Positions 58,945 to 64,000 of a stretch of DNA of 64,000 bases are shown one piece after another; within the stretch, counting starts at the first letter, position 1; each line of letters opens with the position of its first letter. Made by a program: the position numbers and the translations under genes. Origin of the DNA: Chloroflexota bacterium (GTDB lineage Bacteria > Chloroflexota > Anaerolineae > Anaerolineales > Anaerolineaceae). The stretch spans positions 6,847-70,846 of the forward strand of contig JAAZKE010000025.1 in NCBI GenBank assembly GCA_012799995.1. Reading direction: 5' to 3'. Under the pieces are notes generated by a model. It made no database searches. It was not told where the DNA came from and saw nothing but the letters and a program-made list of their open reading frames with translations.

Positions 58945-60339
58945 TTACTCCAAACCTTTATCCTCTTTGAAATACGCTAAAGAGGGATGTTTTTTCATCC
59001 AAATTGAGCGAAAGCCACCAGCAATAAACAGGCTTCCAGTTACAACGATGATTTCTTTCGCATCGCAGCTCTCGACCATTTCTACCGCCATTTCCAGCTT
59101 TTCTGCAATAATAACCTCTGGATGGTCTGTTTTGGACAAAGCAGCCATCTTTTGGGAAGACAGAGAGCGTGGATGTTCTGAACGGGTCAAAATTATTTTT
59201 TCAGTCAGCGATGAGATTTTCTCAAGCATCGCCTGATACGGTTTGTCTTCAGATACACCAAAAACAAGGTTGATTCTTTCTCCCGGATAAACTTTTCGAA
59301 TAGTGTCAATAAGAGATGTGATCGAATCCAGATTGTGCGCCCCATCCAATACAATCCGTGGATTCTCATTGATCAGCTCAAAGCGACACGGCCAGAACAC
59401 CTGTGAAAATCCGTTATGAATTGCTTCTATTGGAATATCAAAACCCATTTCCGCCATTTTTTCCAACGTTGCAAATGCAATTCCGGCGTTGGTAATCTGA
59501 TGATCTCCCACCATCCCCAATTGGAGGTCTATCGCTTTTTCAGAATCATCAGAATCAGCGTTACTCTCAATCTGATCCTCTTTTCTCGCGATCATTATTC
59601 TTTGGCTATACGCATCATTGATGTTTCCGTGAAGAATATAATGCCTGGTAACATCAGTTAACGCTGCTTCCCTATCTTCAGCCACACGCTTAAGAACAGT
59701 TAATGCTTCCCCGGATTTTTGCATTGTTATCACAGGGACTCCCCGCTTTATAATTCCAGCTTTTTCTCCTGCAATCTCGGCGATGGTATTTCCGAGAAAT
59801 GCTGTGTGATCAAGCGATATCGGGGTGATAACAGAAATAATCGGAGTCAAAACGTTGGTAGAATCCAACCTGCCGCCCAGTCCAGTTTCTATAACCGCTA
59901 TTTCAATCCCTTTTTTCTTAAAGTACAGAAACGCCATGGCAGTCATAATATCGAAGGAACTGGCAGGGTTGTGCGGATCAATCGCGTCCATCACGAAATT
60001 GCCATTTTCAACGACATCCTCGTCAGAAATCATAAGCCCATTTTGCTGGAACCGTTCGTTGAAACGGATCAGATGCGGGGAGGTATACATTCCAGTACGA
60101 TAGCCCGCTGAGAGCAACACCTGATAGATCAATGCGCAGACGGACCCTTTCCCTTTTGTTCCTGCGACATGGATGGACTGAAACGAATTCTGTGGGTTTC
60201 CCAGACGCTCCAGTAACTCAGTAATTCTCGCTAAAGAAAAAACAGCGGAGGTCGTCTCCCCCGCGTGAACCAGGCTGTAATCAACGTAAGAATAAAGTCG
60301 ATCCAGCGTAGCATTATAAGCCGTTTGTCCTACTGCCAT
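58945..60339 (-). CDS. folC: Folylpolyglutamate synthase / dihydrofolate synthase
   Basis: HVAGTKGKGS, YTSPHL..FNER, ETGLGGRLDSTN, IA.EKAGI and LDGAHN motifs. Confidence 0.95.
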   Translation of the reverse strand: MAVGQTAYNATLDRLYSYVDYSLVHAGETTSAVFSLARITELLERLGNPQNSFQSIHVAGTKGKGSVCALIYQVLLSAGYRTGMYTSPHLIRFNERFQQNGLMISDEDVVENGNFVMDAIDPHNPASSFDIMTAMAFLYFKKKGIEIAVIETGLGGRLDSTNVLTPIISVITPISLDHTAFLGNTIAEIAGEKAGIIKRGVPVITMQKSGEALTVLKRVAEDREAALTDVTRHYILHGNINDAYSQRIMIARKEDQIESNADSDDSEKAIDLQLGMVGDHQITNAGIAFATLEKMAEMGFDIPIEAIHNGFSQVFWPCRFELINENPRIVLDGAHNLDSITSLIDTIRKVYPGERINLVFGVSEDKPYQAMLEKISSLTEKIILTRSEHPRSLSSQKMAALSKTDHPEVIIAEKLEMAVEMVESCDAKEIIVVTGSLFIAGGFRSIWMKKHPSLAYFKEDKGLE

Positions 60340-60453
60340 AGAGGGAATTTTACCTTACAAACACGCTTGCTACATCATAGATATCTGAATCATGAGTTCT
60401 GTTTTGAATCGTTTTCAACGTATTTCCGTTCTATTGGGTTCCTTTCGGTTATT

Positions 60454-60488
60454 ATTGAATTCTATTTTTACGAATTGAATTCTATTTT
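60454..60488. repeat. 15-bp perfect direct repeat, 20-bp period
   Basis: ATTGAATTCTATTTT at 60454-60468 and 60474-60488. Confidence 0.8.
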
Positions 60489-60506
60489 ATGGAGAGAGAA
60501 CGTTTG

Positions 60507-62441
60507 ATGATTTCCAGGGAATTATCAGAATCGGATGAACGAGAATACGAACGGCGAATGGCACCGATCGAAAAACTGCTTTTGAAGGTGCAACGACCCG
60601 GCAGATACGTGGGCGGTGAATTCAACTCCATCATAAAAAAGCCGGATAGTTCAACAACTCGGGTCGCGCTGGCATTTCCGGATATTTACGATCTTGGAGT
60701 TCCTAATCTGGGGCTGGCCATTTTTTACGACCTGCTCAATCGGGATCCCTCTATTTGGGCTGAACGCACCTTCTCCCCATGGGAAGATATGGAAGCTGAA
60801 ATGCGGGCTGCGAACATCTCCCTCTTTACGTTGGAGAGCAAAACCCCAGTTTCTCAAATGGATATTCTGGCAATTACCATCCCATATGAATCTCTCTATA
60901 CCAATGTTTTGAACCTGATTGATTTGGCAGGACTGCCCATTTATGCTGCAGAACGTTCCAGCGATCACCCTCTGATCATTGCCGGCGGGCATGCCACCTT
61001 TAATCCTGAGCCAATGTCGCCATTTATTGATGCATTTGTGATCGGTGAAGGAGAGGAAATTTTTCCGAAAATGATTAGGGTATATCAGGAATGGAAAAAA
61101 TCCCGGCAGAGTCGGCAAGAGCTCCTGGTTGCGCTCTCAAAGCTCAAAGGGGTTTATCTCCCGTCATTCTATGAAGTCTTCTATAAATCGGACGGGACAA
61201 TTGACCGCATCCAGCCAAAAGATCCTTCATATCCCGCAAAAGTACAAAAAGTCATTGTGCCAATCCTGCCGCCTCCACCCAAGACGTACATTGTTCCGTC
61301 GATTGATGTGATCCAAAACCGTGTCGCATTGGAGATCATGCGCGGATGCACGCGCGGATGTCGTTTTTGTCAAGCTGGTTACGTCACCCGTCCGGTGCGT
61401 GAACGGTCGGTCGATGAAATTATGCAGGCAATTCAATCAGCGCTGGATAGCACAGGGTACGAGGAAATTGCCCTGTTGTCCCTTTCTTCCTCTGATTACA
61501 GCCAGATACAGGAGCTTGTCAATCGATTAAGTGAGGAATATCGCCAGCGAAAACTGAATGTGTCATTGCCATCACTGCGCATTGAGTCGGTATCAGTAGA
61601 CATTCTCGAAAAACTGCAGGGGTCGCGTTTCAGCGGCTTTACCCTGGCCCCAGAAGCCGCTACTGAGAAGATCAAAGCAACTATCAACAAACCCATTTCC
61701 GAAGATCAGCTGATGGAAACGGTTGAAACGATTTACAGCCATGGCTGGCACAGCATCAAACTGTATTTTATGATCGGTCTGCCGGGCGAAACCATGGAGG
61801 ACGTCGAAGCCATCTGTGACCTGTGCCTGAAAGTGATCAAGGTTGGGCGCAGGCTGATCGGAAAGCGCTCGCAGTTAAACGTCGGCATCGCCACTTTCGT
61901 CCCCAAACCGCATACTGCTTTCCAGTGGTGCAAAGTTGATAATGAGCAGGACATTCGTGAAAAACAAAGCCTGCTTCGAAAACGGTTGTTCATACCGGGC
62001 GTCAAAGTCAATTGGAACAATGCCGATGTCACCATGTTTGAAGCATGGTCATCGCGTGGTGACCGGCGTATGGCTGCTGTAATTCATCGTGCCTGGCAGT
62101 TGGGAGCAAAATTTGACGCCTGGCAGGATCATTTTGACTGGCAAAAGTGGATGCAGGCATTCGAAGAAAACGGTCTGACACCCGATTTTTACATCACCCG
62201 TAAACGCGGGAAAGATGAAATTTTCCCCTGGGATCATATTGATATTGGAGTCAGGAAAAGTACCTTGAGAGCCGAATTTGAACGCAGTGAGTCCGGCATT
62301 TTGCGGGAAGATTGTCGCAGAAAATGTTATGGTTGTGGAATCAATCATGCCTTTACAGCAATACAGCCCAAAGATGGTGAAAAAAAATGGTATTGTCCGG
62401 TCATCGAAGTCAATACAGATCCAGGCAAGGCAGACTTATGA
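60507..62441 (+). CDS. TIGR03960-type radical SAM protein
   Basis: P.RY.GGE.N, AFPD.Y.LG..NLG, GGHAT.NPEP, RGCTRGCRFCQAG (CxxxCxxC) and SLPSLR motifs. Likely start ATG 60507 behind GGAG. Confidence 0.88.
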   Translation: MISRELSESDEREYERRMAPIEKLLLKVQRPGRYVGGEFNSIIKKPDSSTTRVALAFPDIYDLGVPNLGLAIFYDLLNRDPSIWAERTFSPWEDMEAEMRAANISLFTLESKTPVSQMDILAITIPYESLYTNVLNLIDLAGLPIYAAERSSDHPLIIAGGHATFNPEPMSPFIDAFVIGEGEEIFPKMIRVYQEWKKSRQSRQELLVALSKLKGVYLPSFYEVFYKSDGTIDRIQPKDPSYPAKVQKVIVPILPPPPKTYIVPSIDVIQNRVALEIMRGCTRGCRFCQAGYVTRPVRERSVDEIMQAIQSALDSTGYEEIALLSLSSSDYSQIQELVNRLSEEYRQRKLNVSLPSLRIESVSVDILEKLQGSRFSGFTLAPEAATEKIKATINKPISEDQLMETVETIYSHGWHSIKLYFMIGLPGETMEDVEAICDLCLKVIKVGRRLIGKRSQLNVGIATFVPKPHTAFQWCKVDNEQDIREKQSLLRKRLFIPGVKVNWNNADVTMFEAWSSRGDRRMAAVIHRAWQLGAKFDAWQDHFDWQKWMQAFEENGLTPDFYITRKRGKDEIFPWDHIDIGVRKSTLRAEFERSESGILREDCRRKCYGCGINHAFTAIQPKDGEKKWYCPVIEVNTDPGKADL

Positions 62442-63121
62442 TTCGACTGCGAATAAACTATGCGAAAGTGGATGCGCTGCGTTATATTGGTCATCTTGAC
62501 TTGCAGAAAGTCTGGATTCGCGTTCTGCTGCGTTCAAAGATTCCAATCGCCTACACGCAGGGCTTCCATCCTTCCCCCAAATTGGCGACAGGATGGCCGT
62601 TGCCACTTGGTTGGGAAGGACAGAATGAGCTCATCGACGTCTGGTTGGATTTACCCGAAGAACAGTTTATTGACAGGAACCCCACATGGTTAATAAACAC
62701 GTTGAAAAACAATTCCCCTACCGGGCTCCATGTGAAAGATGGCGAGATCGTGCCACTCTACTCACCCTCACTGACAATTTTAATCCAGAGCGCCAGATAC
62801 CTGATAAGAAAGCCGGAATCAGTTTCTATGGAGCTCTTGGATGAAAGAAGGAAACTATTTGAATCCAGTTCCGAGGTTTTGGTCACGCGCAGAGACAAAA
62901 CCTTTGATATCAAATCCATGGTAAAGAACTGGAGATATTTGTTTCTTGAAGATTTGGGATCTTTCATAGAAGTTGATATGCCTGCCAGAGATTCAGCAAT
63001 GGGCCGACCAGACGAATTGATCAGCGCGTTGGGTTTCGATCCGCTCGAATGGAAGATCATTCGAGAGCGATTTTTATTCGACGGAAACACTGAGGAACCG
63101 GCTGATTCAGTGGTAAAATAG
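62438..63121 (+). CDS. Radical SAM-linked protein (TIGR03936/DUF2344)
   Basis: R.R..Y.K...RYIGHLD...W.R.L.RS.IP.AY.QGFHP.PK and PLPLG motifs. ATGA overlap with the upstream gene. Confidence 0.85.
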   Translation: MIRLRINYAKVDALRYIGHLDLQKVWIRVLLRSKIPIAYTQGFHPSPKLATGWPLPLGWEGQNELIDVWLDLPEEQFIDRNPTWLINTLKNNSPTGLHVKDGEIVPLYSPSLTILIQSARYLIRKPESVSMELLDERRKLFESSSEVLVTRRDKTFDIKSMVKNWRYLFLEDLGSFIEVDMPARDSAMGRPDELISALGFDPLEWKIIRERFLFDGNTEEPADSVVK

Positions 63122-63130
63122 TCACGATAC

Positions 63131-63202
63131 GCGCCTATAGTGAAGTGGATATCACGTTACCCTCCGGAGGTAGAAGCCTGAGTTCGAGTCTCAGTAGGCG
63201 TG
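63131..63202 (+). tRNA. tRNA-Arg (CCG)
   Basis: Acceptor GCGCCTA/TAGGCGT, D-loop with GGA (A20), anticodon arm TTACC-CTCCGGA-GGTAG, T-arm CTGAG-TTCGAGT-CTCAG. Confidence 0.92.
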
Positions 63203-63209
63203 CTGATAA

Positions 63210-63291
63210 GGGGGAGTGCTGGAATTGGCAGACAGGCATGACTTAGGATCATGTGCCGAAAGGCATGAGGGTTCGAGCCCCTCCTTCCCTA
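63210..63291 (+). tRNA. tRNA-Leu (TAG)
   Basis: Acceptor GGGGGAG/CTTCCCT, anticodon arm CATGA-CTTAGGA-TCATG, long variable arm TGCC-GAAA-GGCA, discriminator A. Confidence 0.93.
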
Positions 63292-63470
63292 TCACACCTC
63301 ATTTTTAATTCATATAAACTGTCAATTTTCAAAAGTTGAAAAACAACTAATTGCTCAATTCTCATGTATAATTGTTTGGGCTAAAAAATGACCGAGTATT
63401 TTGCACGGATGTGCAATTCAAATCGGTTCGTTTTATTAAAAAGATCGCGAAACGAAGGTAGGAAAGTATC

Positions 63471-64000
63471 TTGAACATCGAAAAACACCCTGTTGAAAAC
63501 CACGAATTGAAAATCACTGTCACCATGGATGCGGACGAATTTGAACCAATGAAACTGGCTGCGGCAAGAAAAATTGCCAAGCAGGTAAAGATTCCCGGTT
63601 TCCGCCCGGGAAAAGCACCATATGAAATCATCAGGCGCAATTATGGTGATGCCGCACTGGCACAGGAAGCGCTCGATACCTTCCTTGAGAAAGAGTACAG
63701 TAAACTCCTTTCGGACAACGACATCAGACCAGGTGGAATGGGACGACTTGACAAGATCGACCAAATAGACCCTCCGATCTTCAGCTTGACTATCCCGCTG
63801 GAACCCACTGTTGACTTGAAAGATTACCGTGAAATTCGCGAAGAATTCGAAGAAGTCACATTAAGCGATGAAGAAAAAGAAGAGACCCTCACGCAACTGA
63901 AAACGCAATTTGCCACTGAAGAACCCACTGAAGGTCCGGCAAAAGAAGGCCAAATCGCTTATGTCCTCATTCAGGGCGAGTTGGAGGACGAGGAAGCTGA
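63471..64000 (+). CDS. tig: Trigger factor, 5' part (runs off window)
   Basis: Manual translation from TTG 63471 gives (M)NIEKHPVENHELKITV...VKIPGFRPGKAPY, the ribosome-binding GFRPGK signature. Not in the ORF track. Confidence 0.93.
   Translation, partial: MNIEKHPVENHELKITVTMDADEFEPMKLAAARKIAKQVKIPGFRPGKAPYEIIRRNYGDAALAQEALDTFLEKEYSKLLSDNDIRPGGMGRLDKIDQIDPPIFSLTIPLEPTVDLKDYREIREEFEEVTLSDEEKEETLTQLKTQFATEEPTEGPAKEGQIAYVLIQGELEDEEA

Noticed and set aside
63300-63470. Hairpins in the tig leader (TTGCAC/GTGCAA; TTTTCAA/TTGAAAA)
   Set aside because: Short stems with no known RNA family signature.

Overview
The window is mostly core chromosome. Gene content and protein style suggest an anaerobic Chloroflexota bacterium (Anaerolineae-like); this is an inference. 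It holds 5' leuA, four tRNAs (Ala-CGC, Ala-GGC, Arg-CCG, Leu-TAG), leuS, alaS, gltX, deoC, yvcK-gap-pgk, nfo, rpoD, ndk, dut and an ask-asd-hom operon. It also holds an 11-gene group-4 membrane-bound [NiFe]-hydrogenase operon, mreBCD-mrdA-rodA, a 7TM-HD/ybeY/dgkA cluster, rpsF-rpsR, lon, folC, a TIGR03960/TIGR03936-type radical SAM pair and 5' tig. I found no CRISPR array, transposase, integrase or rRNA. The most notable signals are absent from the ORF track. There are two complete ribosome-mediated attenuators, a 23-aa Leu-rich leader before leuA and a 23-aa Thr6 leader before ask-asd-hom. There is also an S6:S18-type RNA leader, several apparently leaderless genes and a probable CUG start for rsfS. 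Unusual proteins include a GAPDH with NADP-type residues, a DeoC with a 72-aa acidic N-terminal extension, and a run of catalytically eroded genes (CE4-fold lipoprotein, UbiA-like membrane protein, Fe-ADH fragment) downstream of the elongasome genes and gltX. All product calls come from motif recognition by eye; no database search was run.
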